DNA from: Octopus bimaculoides
Taxonomy: Eukaryota
Direction: 5' to 3'
Assembly (NCBI RefSeq): GCF_001194135.2
Contig: NC_068992.1
Coordinates: 43,550,974-43,590,502, forward strand
DNA length: 39,529 bases
Below the pieces are notes generated by a model. That model saw only the letters and a list, made by a program, of their open reading frames with translations. It searched no databases and was not told the origin of the DNA. Shown here piece after piece: positions 24,281-35,797 of this stretch. The translations under genes and the position numbers were made by a program. Numbering within the stretch: position 1 is the stretch's first letter; each line of letters opens with the position of its first letter.

Positions 24281-25219
24281 CAAAAGAAATTCGAGGTAAT
24301 TTATCGTTAGACGTGCCATTTAGAAATCCCGAAATGTTGTTGTTGGTGGGGTAGTATTAGCAGCAGCAGTAGTGGTGATGATGGGAGTACCAGTTATTGT
24401 GAAGGTAATGGTGGTGGTAATGGTGCCGGTTTTGGCTGCTCTTTCTTGCATTTTGAGCGACCTCTAGCAAGCTCCTTCACTGGTTCCTGCAATCTTAATT
24501 TTTACGATGTGTGTGATACAAACAAATTTGTTTTGGCATGTCCTACTTGAAGGATTTCTTTTCTCAAATTACAGATTGAACGAGATCGATCTGATAATTC
24601 TTCCAGATTATCAAGAGTATTCTTAATTCTGTTCTTTACCAATTTCATGACTGACCATAAAATTGGAATACTTCTTGCGAGTAACTCGTCTAACACATAA
24701 ATTCAAACGAAATCTGATATTTATGTATATATATGTGTGTTTACGTATGTATGCATGTATGCATTATGGGTATGTGTGTAAGTTTGTATGTATGCATGTG
24801 TGAGTGCGTATGTATGCATGTAAGTACGCATATATGTATATATGTGTATGTATATATGTATATACTGTATGTATATACTGTATGTGTATACGTACGTATG
24901 TATATATGTATATTTGTATGTATGTATATGTATGTATATATATATATATATATANNNNNNNNNNTCTAACACATAAATTCAAACGAAATCTGATATTTAT
25001 GTATATATATGTGTGTTTACGTATGTATGCATGTATGCATTATGGGTATGTGTGTAAGTTTGTATGTATGCATGTGTGAGTGCGTATGTATGCATGTAAG
25101 TACGCATATATGTATATATGTGTATGTATATATGTATATACTGTATGTGTATTCGTACGTATGTATATATGTATATTTGTATGTATGTATATGTATGTAT
25201 ATATATATNNNNNNNNNNA

Positions 25220-25512
25220 TTATGTATGTATGTATGTATGTTAGTATGCATATATGCATATATGTATATATGTTTGCATGAATGTACGTATATGTATGTA
25301 TATATGTGAATGTTATATGTATGCTTGTATGTATGTATGTATGTACGTATGTATGTATGTATGTATGTATGTATGTATGCATGTATGTATGTATGTATGT
25401 ATGTATGTATGTATGCATGTATGTATGTATGTATGTACGTATGTATGTATGTATGTATGTATGTACGTATGTATGTATGTATGTATGTATGCATGTATGT
25501 ATGTATGTATGT
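25220..25512. repeat. (TATG)n array
   Basis: Directly visible. Confidence 0.97.
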
Positions 25513-25807
25513 ACGTGGCAAAGAAGGAAACCATTGAATACCAAACCTCTGAATTATAGCTTTTAGTAAAAGGAGCAAAAACCAGCAGAAAAATGGGTGT
25601 ATGTGTGGTGTGGGGAGAGGTGTCCGTGTGGGTGTGCACGTGCATGTGTGCATGCATCTTCACAATATATACATGTTTGCACGGATGGATGGATATATAA
25701 TATAATATATAATATATATGTGAACGTATGTATGTACATATATATATGCATAAGTACTCACATAGACACACATGCACCACGGATACATGCATATAAATAC
25801 ATCCAGT

Positions 25808-25831
25808 ATATATCTATCTATCTATCTATCT

Positions 25832-25873
<42 letters not shown>

Positions 25874-25883
25874 NNNNNNNNNN

Positions 25884-25936
<53 letters not shown>

Positions 25937-26030
25937 ATCTATATATGTACGCATATATGTATGTATATATATGAATATATGCATATATATATGTGCATGT
26001 ATATATTTATATGTATATACATATATATAC

Positions 26031-26065
<35 letters not shown>

Positions 26066-26090
26066 TATATATGTATACATACACACACAC

Positions 26091-26150
<60 letters not shown>
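25808..26150. repeat. Compound (TATC)/(TA)/(TG) microsatellite block
   Basis: Directly visible; includes a 10-N gap. Confidence 0.95.
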
Positions 26151-26152
<2 letters not shown>

Positions 26153-27002
26153 CGAATTCTTCAGAGATTTATTCATTCCTGTTGATAGGAACCATCCATT
26201 AGTTAAACACAATAAAAGGAAATTCGAATCCAGACCTAGAGAGAACTCTATAAAATAGTCGTGTGTTTCTTCCAACTCATTTTTATTGAAGATGTTTTGA
26301 AATTTCATCAAGGGAGAATGAGATTTTGGCATGTTTTATGATTGAAACCCATTTCTTTAAGTTCGGCTGTGTGAGACATAATTTTCAGTGGATCTTTGAT
26401 ATTTTACTTGATCAAACATTACTAAATAGTGTCACTTAAGATTCGTATTCTTAGACTATTGAAAATGATTTCGGTAGATCTAAATAAAATATAAATAAAC
26501 TATTTTGGTTTGATTTTGTTGTCTTTTCTTTAGACTTATGCTATGTATACTAAAATTTGGTGTATGACTGAATAAAGTCGTGACAATTATATCATTGTTA
26601 TAACGAGTATCATTTCCATCAGGAATAGTGACAGAAAAAAATAGTGAATAACTTAAAATAGAGCAGAAAAGAGCGACTGCAAAATGCAGTGTCTACTAAA
26701 GCAGTAATAGTAAGCTAGACCTTCTAAAAATAGCAACCAAATCTCTCTCAAATGACACTCAACCGCCTTTTTCTTTAAAGAAAAAGAAACTAGAAAAAGG
26801 AAAGACTCGTTCGATAGTGTAGTCCTAGATACATTATGTCTTGAAGATAAGGGATTGATGGTCATATCTGCAGTGCTTCTATGATGCGTATTTTGAATCA
26901 GGATGGATTTAGAAGCTACACAGTAACTAGGTTTACAAATCCAAGAACAACAGAATCGAGCGCAAAAACCGACAGTAAAAACATTAATCTTTAGTTTCTT
27001 AA

Positions 27003-27075
27003 AGGTGCAGGCATGACTGTGTGGTTATGATGCATGCTGCTTCGCAACCATGTGGCTCCGGGTTCGGTCCTACTG

Positions 27076-27076
<1 letters not shown>
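27003..27076 (+). mobile_element. SINE family B, head only
   Basis: GCAGGCATGACTGTGTGGTT..CCGGGTTCGGTCCTACTG matches the family B head. Confidence 0.7.
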
Positions 27077-27130
<54 letters not shown>

Positions 27131-27401
27131 GTATATGTATATATACCGGAGTAAGCTATGTGTTAATTGAGCGATAATTCGAATATGATTATTTACAATA
27201 TGTATTTTGAACCTACTTTTCAATTTAAGGTTTTCTTTGATTTTTTTTAAATAGGATGAATCTATATTGAATTCATTTGTTTTGTTTATTTTGTTCATTG
27301 CATACCTAAAAGCGTTATTTGAAACGACCAATGAAACAGATCCATGTTTTTAAATTTATATTAGTTTTGATTGCATCGTCATTTCTCTCCCATTTTTAAC
27401 A

Positions 27402-27446
27402 AAACTGTTCGATGAACGGGAACGTGAAACTCTGAGTAACAGCTTT
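27402..27446 (+). ncRNA. Minimal hammerhead-like motif with variant core TCGATGA
   Basis: Stem I AAACTGT/ACAGCTTT (one mismatch); TCGATGA 27409-15; stem II ACG-GGAA-CGT; GAAA 27426-29; stem III ACTC-T-GAGT; H=A27438. Confidence 0.6.
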
Positions 27447-27520
27447 TTGTTATATTTCTGCTGCTTTTAAATAAAGTATATATATATATATATATATAGT
27501 CTGTTAAAGTCTGTCATACC

Positions 27521-27560
27521 GGCCATGACGAAGGGAAATAGCCCTGAAACTCGAGTCGCC
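27521..27560 (+). ncRNA. Minimal hammerhead-like motif with a one-base insertion in the core (CATGACGA)
   Basis: Stem I GGC/GCC; stem II AGGG-AAATAG-CCCT; GAAA 27546-49; stem III palindrome ACTCGAGT; H=C27557. Confidence 0.6.
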
Positions 27561-27821
27561 TTTATATATATATATTTATATATTTATATATTTGATCCTT
27601 TATATTGAACACTCAATATTTCATCTACATTCAATACTTTCTTTCATGGTGCCATCCATTTTTATGTTATTTTATTTTATATTGTATNNNNNNNNNNNNN
27701 NNNNNNNNNNNNNNNNNNNNNNNNNNNNNNNNNNNNNNNNNNNNNNNNNNNNNNNNNNNNNNNNNNNNNNNNNNNNNNNNNNNNNNNNNNNNNNNNNNNN
27801 NTATATATATATATACATGTA

Positions 27822-28211
27822 TACATTCTTTGTGTTTCACTTGGACTGCGGCCATTGAAGGGTTTAGTCGGACGAATTGATCCTGAAGTTTTTGGGGGTT
27901 TTGTTTTCTTTATTTTACTGAAGTTTGGCACTTATTCTACCGGTCCCTTTTGCCGAGACCTGCAAGATTACGAGGACGTAATGAAACCAACACCGGTTAT
28001 CAAGCGATGGTAGGGAACGAAATCAAAGCTAAACGCACACATATCAACATCATACACACACAAATATATACTGCATGTGTGTGTGTGCGCGCGTGTGTGT
28101 GTATGCATGCATGTATGCATATATGTATATGTATACATGTACAGTGGGACTTAACTCGGAACTGCATGATTGCAAAGCAGCAAGCTTCATAACCACTTAG
28201 CCATGCCTGCA

Positions 28212-28213
<2 letters not shown>
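27822..28213 (-). mobile_element. SINE family B, bipartite, degenerate
   Basis: 3' module ~27822-28030, internal simple repeat, partial head 28140-28213. Confidence 0.75.
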
Positions 28214-28279
<66 letters not shown>

Positions 28280-28296
28280 TAAATATATATATATAA

Positions 28297-28920
28297 GAAG
28301 AGTGTTTATAATTATGAATAAATTACAATTATAACGGAGAGGGTTGCAAAAACCCTTACATATCTCGAAATAGCATTAAAACCACTATAAAACCACTAAT
28401 AACACTCAAATTATATCTCTTCTCAATAAAGCTCTCGGGCGACACGACATATAAAATCCACAATTTAAAAATAGAAGGTTAATTCTTTGTTGCAACTTCG
28501 AGGTTAGGAACCTATTATACCATATTATTTACCGTATCGTAAATAAATAATATAACGGCTCCATTCCTCTCTTCAGAAGAATATTCTTATCGATAGAAAA
28601 TTAATGCAAAATTATACCTTGGGGCTTACATGTATCCCTACTGGCAAGAATAATGTGTCAACCTCTATCTCCACATTCAAATTCCGAATTCGAACGTCGT
28701 GCACAGCGTTTATGAGAAAAGACCGGTTATTCAAGCCACAGCGAAATATCGGATACAAGTGAAAAAATTAAATAATTAAAAAAGAATGTAACATTACATT
28801 ACGAAGAATATATTACAAACAATTAGTAATTATTTATGAATATATCAATGGCTAAACACGTAATCATAAATTTCAAAAACGAAGAATGTTTATAATTATG
28901 AATAAATCACAATTATAACG
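28297..28920 (-). mobile_element. 624-bp unit bounded by 40-bp direct repeats, containing a hammerhead motif (Penelope-like pLTR relic)
   Basis: 28297-28336 and 28881-28920 match at 38/40. Internal hammerhead motif on the minus strand. The PLE assignment is inferred from this architecture. Confidence 0.6.
28482..28582 (-). ncRNA. Hammerhead-like motif with 70-nt stem II and G15.1:C16.1 variant
   Basis: Stem I ATTCTT/AAGAAT; CTGAAGA (28576-70); stem II closed by GAGG/CCTC; GAAG in place of GAAA; stem III palindrome GTTGCAAC; H=A. Confidence 0.7.
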
Positions 28921-29118
28921 ATTGACTGGGAACCGAACTCTCGATCACAAGCCGAATACCTTAATCCCTAAGCCACGAGTCTATGTATATATTTGCGCGT
29001 ATACGAAATATATACCCTAAAAAAGTTTAATCGCCGAAAACTACTTTGAAGGTAGTTCTTCTTGTGTAGACAATAATAACTGCGCAAACTCGTTGATTGG
29101 CGTCTATTTCTTCAATGT

Positions 29119-29433
29119 GAAGGCGAAATGGCCCAGTGGTTAGGGCAGCGGACTCGCAGTTGTAGAATTGCCGTTTCGATTCCCAGACCGAGCGCTGTGA
29201 GTGTTTATTGAGCGAAAACACCAAAAGCTCCATGAGGCCCCGGCAGGGAATGGGGTCCCTGCTGTACTCTTTCACCACAACTTTCTCTCACTCTTTCTTC
29301 CTGTTTCTGTTGTAACTGTATTTCAAAGGACCAGCCTTGTCACACACTGTGTCGCACTGAATCTCTCCGAGAACAACGTTAAGGAGTACACGGGTCTGTG
29401 GAGTGCTCAGCCACTTGCACGTTAATTTCACGA
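29119..29433 (+). mobile_element. tRNA-derived SINE, head C + tail X
   Basis: Head TGGCCCAGTGGTTAGGGCAGCGGACTCGC..GTTTCGATTCC, then a body and tail shared with 31466-31785. Confidence 0.88.
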
Positions 29434-29676
29434 CATTTCTTTAATAAGGGTAAGTTGGAAGTTAAGGCTGTCATGTCACATATGGGACGTGAACTCAAAA
29501 AGTGAGAGGGCGTAGCTCGGTGCTTTCGAACAGTACCTATAACTACTTTCTGCCGACTCTGCCAGTCTATAAAGAAGACATCAACTTCCAGAACATTTAA
29601 CCAATAAAATGTTTATAAAACACAGGAGTTAAATGAACTGTTGGACGGAAGAGGCAAAAGATTTAAATATACGCTT

Positions 29677-29688
29677 CACAACAACAAC

Positions 29689-29745
<57 letters not shown>
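29677..29745. repeat. (AAC)(AGT)n microsatellite running into a gap
   Basis: Directly visible. Confidence 0.95.
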
Positions 29746-30722
29746 NNNNNNNNNNNNNNNNNNNNNNNNNNNNNNNNNNNNNNNNNNNNNNNNNNNNNNN
29801 NNNNNNNNNNNNNNNNNNNNNNNNNNNNNNNNNNNNNNNNNNNNNNNNNNNNNNNNNNNNNNNNNNNNNNNNNNNNNNNNNNNNNNNNNNNNNNNNNNNN
29901 NNNNNNNNNNNNNNNNNNNNNNNNNNNNNNNNNNNNNNNNNNNNNNNNNNNNNNNNNNNNNNNNNNNNNNNNNNNNNNNNNNNNNNNNNNNNNNNNNNNN
30001 NNNNNNNNNNNNNNNNNNNNNNNNNNNNNNNNNNNNNNNNNNNNNNNNNNNNNNNNNNNNNNNNNNNNNNNNNNNNNNNNNNNNNNNNNNNNNNNNNNNN
30101 NNNNNNNNNNNNNNNNNNNNNNNNNNNNNNNNNNNNNNNNNNNNNNNNNNNNNNNNNNNNNNNNNNNNNNNNNNNNNNNNNNNNNNNNNNNNNNNNNNNN
30201 NNNNNNNNNNNNNNNNNNNNNNNNNNNNNNNNNNNNNNNNNNNNNNNNNNNNNNNNNNNNNNNNNNNNNNNNNNNNNNNNNNNNNNNNNNNNNNNNNNNN
30301 NNNNNNNNNNNNNNNNNNNNNNNNNNNNNNNNNNNNNNNNNNNNNNNNNNNNNNNNNNNNNNNNNNNNNNNNNNNNNNNNNNNNNNNNNNNNNNNNNNNN
30401 NNNNNNNNNNNNNNNNNNNNNNNNNNNNNNNNNNNNNNNNNNNNNNNNNNNNNNNTATATATATATATATATACACACACAAAGACAGAGAGAGAATGAG
30501 AATGAGAGATAGACAGACACACAAATAGATACCTACATAAATACAGACATATTATATATTTTATACATGTACACACACACACACACACATATGTGCGAAT
30601 ATTTGTGTCTGTGTGTATAATTATTTAGTTAATGAAATTTTTGTTTTATGTATAAATATTAACACACACGCATGAATACACACGTGCGGGCGCACACATA
30701 CATACATACATACATACATACA

Positions 30723-30754
<32 letters not shown>

Positions 30755-31215
30755 GACAGTTGTTATATGTTTATAATTAAAAACAAAATAAAAAACGAGA
30801 AGTGAATTCTAAAAACAACGTGAAGTTACATAACTGTTTTGTTTTGGTTTATTTTTTGTTTCTAAATATTAGGAGTGACATTGAAGTTTTATCAAATCTG
30901 GCTTTTCAATCTACATGAAAATAATACGTAACAAAAAATCTCATACAAACACGTACAGGCATCAAAGGGGGAACAAATAATTGTAAAGTAGTAGGAGTGG
31001 CGTTTTAGTAAGAAGTTTCTTTCTTATCCACATATTTCCGTGTTCAGTCCTTCTGCGCGGTACTATGGGCCAGTGTCATCTGCTCTAGCCCTGCTTCGAT
31101 CAAAGCCTGTCAATGGATTTAGTAGTTGGGAGCTGAAAGAAATCCGTCGTATGTACGTACCTATATATATATTATCATGGAATAATTACTATGAAGCATT
31201 GTGTAGAATATATTG

Positions 31216-31397
31216 TATAAAGGATCGTGGGTAAGGCCAGAACAATGCGAAGTAAATGCAAGGTAAATCACAAGAAAATGGGTCATAACCCCGAAATATT
31301 AAATACAAGGTGTCTACATTACTTCACATATTTGTTTTCTTGTGATTTACCTTGCATTTACTTCGTATTGTTTTGGCCTTACCCACGATCCTTTATA
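31216..31397. mobile_element. Short foldback/MITE with 63-bp near-perfect TIRs
   Basis: 31216-31278 vs the reverse complement of 31335-31397: 2 mismatches; 56-bp spacer; TA-rich ends. Confidence 0.85.
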
Positions 31398-31417
31398 TGA
31401 TATATATATGTATATAA

Positions 31418-31450
<33 letters not shown>

Positions 31451-31465
31451 TGTATGTATGTATCG

Positions 31466-31785
31466 TGGCACTCCGTCGGTTACGACGACTAGGGCTCCAT
31501 TTAATCCGATCAACGGAAAAGCCTGCTCGTAAAATTAACGTGCAAGTGGCTGAGCACTCCGCAGACTCGTGTACCCTTAACGTAGTTCTCGGGGAGATTT
31601 AGCGTGACAGAGAGTGTGACAAGGCTCGCCCTTTGAAATACAGGTACAACAGAAGCAGAAAGAAAGAGCGAGAGAAATTTGTAATGGAGCTTTGGGTGTT
31701 TTCGCCCAATAAATACTCATAACACCCGATCCTGAAATCGAAACTGCGAGTCCGCTGCCCTAACCATTGGGCCATTGCGCCTCCA
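31466..31785 (-). mobile_element. SINE head C + tail X, internally deleted
   Basis: Homologous to 29119-29433, with a complete 3' end. Confidence 0.88.
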
Positions 31786-31806
31786 TATGGCAAAATGGAG
31801 TGGTAT

Positions 31807-31982
31807 CTGTATTTCAAAGGGCCAGCCTTGTCACATTCTGTGTCACACCGTATCTTCCCGAGAACTACGTTAAAGGTCCGCGTATCTGCGGAGTGCTCAG
31901 CAACTTGCATGGTAATTTCATGAGCAGAATGTTCCGTTGATCGGATCAATTGGAACCTTCGTATTCGTAAGCAAGAGTGCCA
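31807..31982 (+). mobile_element. SINE tail X, 5'-truncated
   Basis: Inverted homolog of 31466-31643. Confidence 0.85.
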
Positions 31983-32407
31983 TATAAAAAAAGATCAATC
32001 GCTTTCCTGAGCCATTGTGTGTCTATAGATAACATTAACAAAATGCTCGCTGTGGGTTTGACTTCATGAACGTTGAGCAGTTAATTAGATATTTTAACCA
32101 CTCGGTCATTTCGTTTTCAATATTTCAGGAATGAAAATTAGTACGTTATAAGAGAAACCAAGAAAATTTCAGAGTTTGATATTTGGAGCATTTTTCTCTT
32201 TATCAAGTAGCAGAATTGTTGCATGCTATTTATCAACAATTTGCTTCTACTATAGCTTGATTATTAAGCAGTGAATTTGAAGAACATAGGATATTAGCTT
32301 CTTGGTATTCCTTGCGGGTCATTACTTTCAAATTCCAGAGGTGTACTTTGTCTTTCATTATTTCGAGATCTATAGAACACCAATTTAATATTAGTACTGA
32401 TCCCTAT

Positions 32408-32543
<136 letters not shown>

Positions 32544-32814
32544 AACTAGCTATCTCTTCTTTTTTTCTGGAAGAAATCGGCTCCGCTAGGCTTAAAATGA
32601 CTATGAAACACCGCATTTCACGACAGCATTTTAAGACTCCATCATGAGTTGAGAGGACAAGGAAAGATAGATGCAAGCACCTAAATTGACAAAACTGCGA
32701 AAAGTTTACTATTTTTGCCATCATATTTTAGGTGTGAAGATGGGGTATCATGAACCGTACCGTTGATCTTTTGATTGGCAAAACGAAGATTTATCGGGCG
32801 GATCTACTGCGGTT

Positions 32815-32850
<36 letters not shown>

Positions 32851-34049
32851 TTCGCTCTCTCTCTTATACAAAACTGTGGAACAATTAACCGTCATTGCTG
32901 ATTACTGTATTAAAGGTGGCATTTAAATTAGAGATAGCGTGAAGTTCGTAAGTTCGATAATGGTAATTGGTTATGGTAATAACAGTTCTAGAGTTCTATT
33001 TCAGCTAGCAGACATGGCAGGATTTTATATTCAATAAGATTGCATCCATAAACATAAAGCATTTAGCTGTTCTATATTTACATTTTAAATTTAATGTTAC
33101 CACTGCCTTTTGCTTTATCGCGACACGTGACTACAGTTACAATTATATCATAAATTCACGAAGGTTTTGAATTTCGTCGACGTTATAAATTTCCTTGAAT
33201 TAATGAATTAAATTAACTCTATTATTATTTAATAATATATTTGATGCCAATACTAGCAATAGAATATCAACGAGAGAAAATTTCCACAGAAGCATTGCTC
33301 TACCGTAAAATCCCCAACCTCATCGTTAACCATCTCTTTGCTTTCATAACACTACACTGACCAGTCAAACAAAATTATTAATAGTTATATATAAACATAT
33401 TGACCAATATGTAATATCAGTAGTTTATTCTTATTGTTCCGACTTTCTGTTGCTTAATAGACAGCTAATGATATTAGAAAGAGTGTGTAATACAGACTGT
33501 TTTTATAATAAATAATTCGAAAGTGACAGATTGAGGGAGAGAAAAATGATGCCTCTGCATATAGAAAATTGTGTGTTTACGGAGCTAAGTTTAATATAAG
33601 TTTAATATACACGTTGTTTATAGAGTTATTCTGACGTTTTGTGAACGTATGAGACTATAAAGTTCCTGAAATTGAAAAGCGCTGTGTTTGTAAGAGATTT
33701 TATTGGAGAGAGAGAGTTGAGAGACAATGGTATTACAAGGATGGTAGTTGAATTGCATGTATGTATATTAACTTGTGCGTAATGAACTATGTGTATGTAA
33801 ATTGTGTATGTAAACTGTGTATGTATGTGTGTGCATAAACTATGTGTGAGTGTGTGTATGAACTATATGTATGTATAAACTATGTGTATATGCGTCTATG
33901 TGTGTTTGTATGTGAGAATTGCGAAAACGGGTTTGAATATGTATGTATATGAGTGTATGAATTGTATATGTATGAACAAAGTATTTATATATGAACAATG
34001 TATAGTTCTTATTTGCACAAATTGTTTATATGTGATATATGTACTGTTC

Positions 34050-34129
<80 letters not shown>

Positions 34130-34415
34130 TATGTATAAAGGGGACAAAAATGCAAACATCTGCAAGAGAATTCATGTTAGAAGAAAGATGTTCGATTCCT
34201 GACATAGGGACTAATCGCAGACCAAACACCTGACACTGAAAGCTTGCAAACTCAATAGACTTTGCTAAAGGTAGGCAACGTGTTTTTTTAACCCAATATT
34301 CTACATGCAATTATCCATAGCTTTATTTACTTCGAGATCCACCAGTATGTACGATTTATTTTATTACTCTCAAACTTTCCAAACCCTTATAACCTAAACA
34401 ATGTGCATACATATG

Positions 34416-34459
<44 letters not shown>

Positions 34460-34475
34460 TGTGCGTGTGCGTGTG

Positions 34476-34637
34476 TTAGATAAAATGAGACAACAACGCC
34501 AAGGCAGTGTGAAATTTTTAGGACATTCATAAAGAGAAAGGTAGCCTTACAGCTGTTTCAGGGATATGAGGGACATCGCTTCATCAGAGACAACAATATG
34601 AGAGAGTTAAATAGACGGGAAATAGCAGAGTTCAGTA
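34476..34637 (-). mobile_element. Hammerhead-bearing repeat, copy 1 (Penelope-like terminal relic)
   Basis: Inverted homolog of 36691-36848; carries the hammerhead motif at 34544-34591. Confidence 0.65.
34544..34591 (-). ncRNA. Minimal type-I hammerhead ribozyme motif with canonical core
   Basis: Stem I GTCT/AGGC (1 G-U); CTGATGA (34587-81); stem II AGCGATGT/ATATCCCT (7 of 8 paired); GAAA (34559-56); stem III palindrome ACAGCTGT; H=A. Confidence 0.8.
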
Positions 34638-34651
34638 TTCGAATTTATGTT

Positions 34652-34906
34652 GGAAAGTGCTGTGTAGAATGGGTAGAAAGGCTTCTTGTCTGTAGTATGT
34701 AACTACCTATAGGGGTTCATATTTTGTTATTACTGATAGTGTGGAGACATTAATTCCATATGTTGTTCATTCAAAAGGGTTTTGTAGTATCAAAGAGGTC
34801 TTGTCACTACAAAACCCCTTTGTATGAACAGCACTTTCCACCTACAGTAACAAAATATGAACTCCTATAGGAAGCCTTTCTACCCATTTTCTACACAGCA
34901 CTTTCC
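34652..34906. repeat. Imperfect palindrome (arms 34652-34788 and 34806-34906)
   Basis: GGAAAGTGCTGTGTAGAA..GGGTTTTGTAGT mirrored by ACTACAAAACCCC..TTCTACACAGCACTTTCC, with indels; 17-nt loop. Confidence 0.85.
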
Positions 34907-34993
34907 TTGGACAATGGAACTGCAACTGTAACATCCAACATATATTTTTATTTTTATTTGCATATATTTCTCTCTTTCCGAAATAACTTCTAA

Positions 34994-35726
34994 CACTAGC
35001 CAAAGTAAGTTTAAGACCGATGATGACAGTTCTATTTCTTCGTTAATTTATTTTTAACAAGCTCTATAAAATTATTTTACTTTTTACAGTTTATGTAGAA
35101 TTTTTTTTCTCTTTCGAATGATACAGGCGTTTATATATCTTTCTACAATTTGAATAATTTTAATGCGCAATTAATTCAAGTGATTGAAAATTCTCGGTAA
35201 AATAAATTTAAGTCCGTACCAAAATTATTTTGTTTAAATTGAAAATTTACGGCACAAATGATCAAGAAACAAAAATTTATTATTAGTATCTAGTTCTATA
35301 GCCATTATTTTCAATTACGGCCTTACAACAGCGTGACATGGAGTTCGAGCACAAAAATCACTTGGAATGTTCTGCCATATTTCTTCAATAAAATTATATA
35401 ATCGGGACAAATTTGTTGGTATTTTTAGCATGAACCCTTTTAGAAACATAATTCCATAAATTTTCTATCAAACTCAAGTCTGGGCTCTGCGGAGGCCACT
35501 CAATAACCACCATATTATTGCACTCAAAATATTGCAAAACTTTCCTAGCTTTATGAACAGGGCAATTGTCCTGCTGGAAAATAGATCCCCATGGCATCTG
35601 ATTATTTCAATATGGCAGCACATTTTCATTTACTAATTGCAGATAGCCTACATTGTTCAGTCTGCCATCAACCTTAACAATTGGACTAACACCTAAGCTA
35701 CTGAACGTGGCCCACACCATTACTTA

Positions 35727-35797
<71 letters not shown>

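Noticed and set aside
24689-25208. Apparent ~250-bp tandem duplication (24689-24954 and 24965-25208)
   Set aside because: The copies abut a 10-N gap and differ only by a repeat-length indel and a SNP; most likely an unmerged contig overlap or two haplotypes.
29125-29185. tRNA-like A/B boxes here and at the other SINE heads
   Set aside because: They are SINE promoters attached to repeat bodies; no full cloverleaf or acceptor stem, so they are not called tRNA genes.
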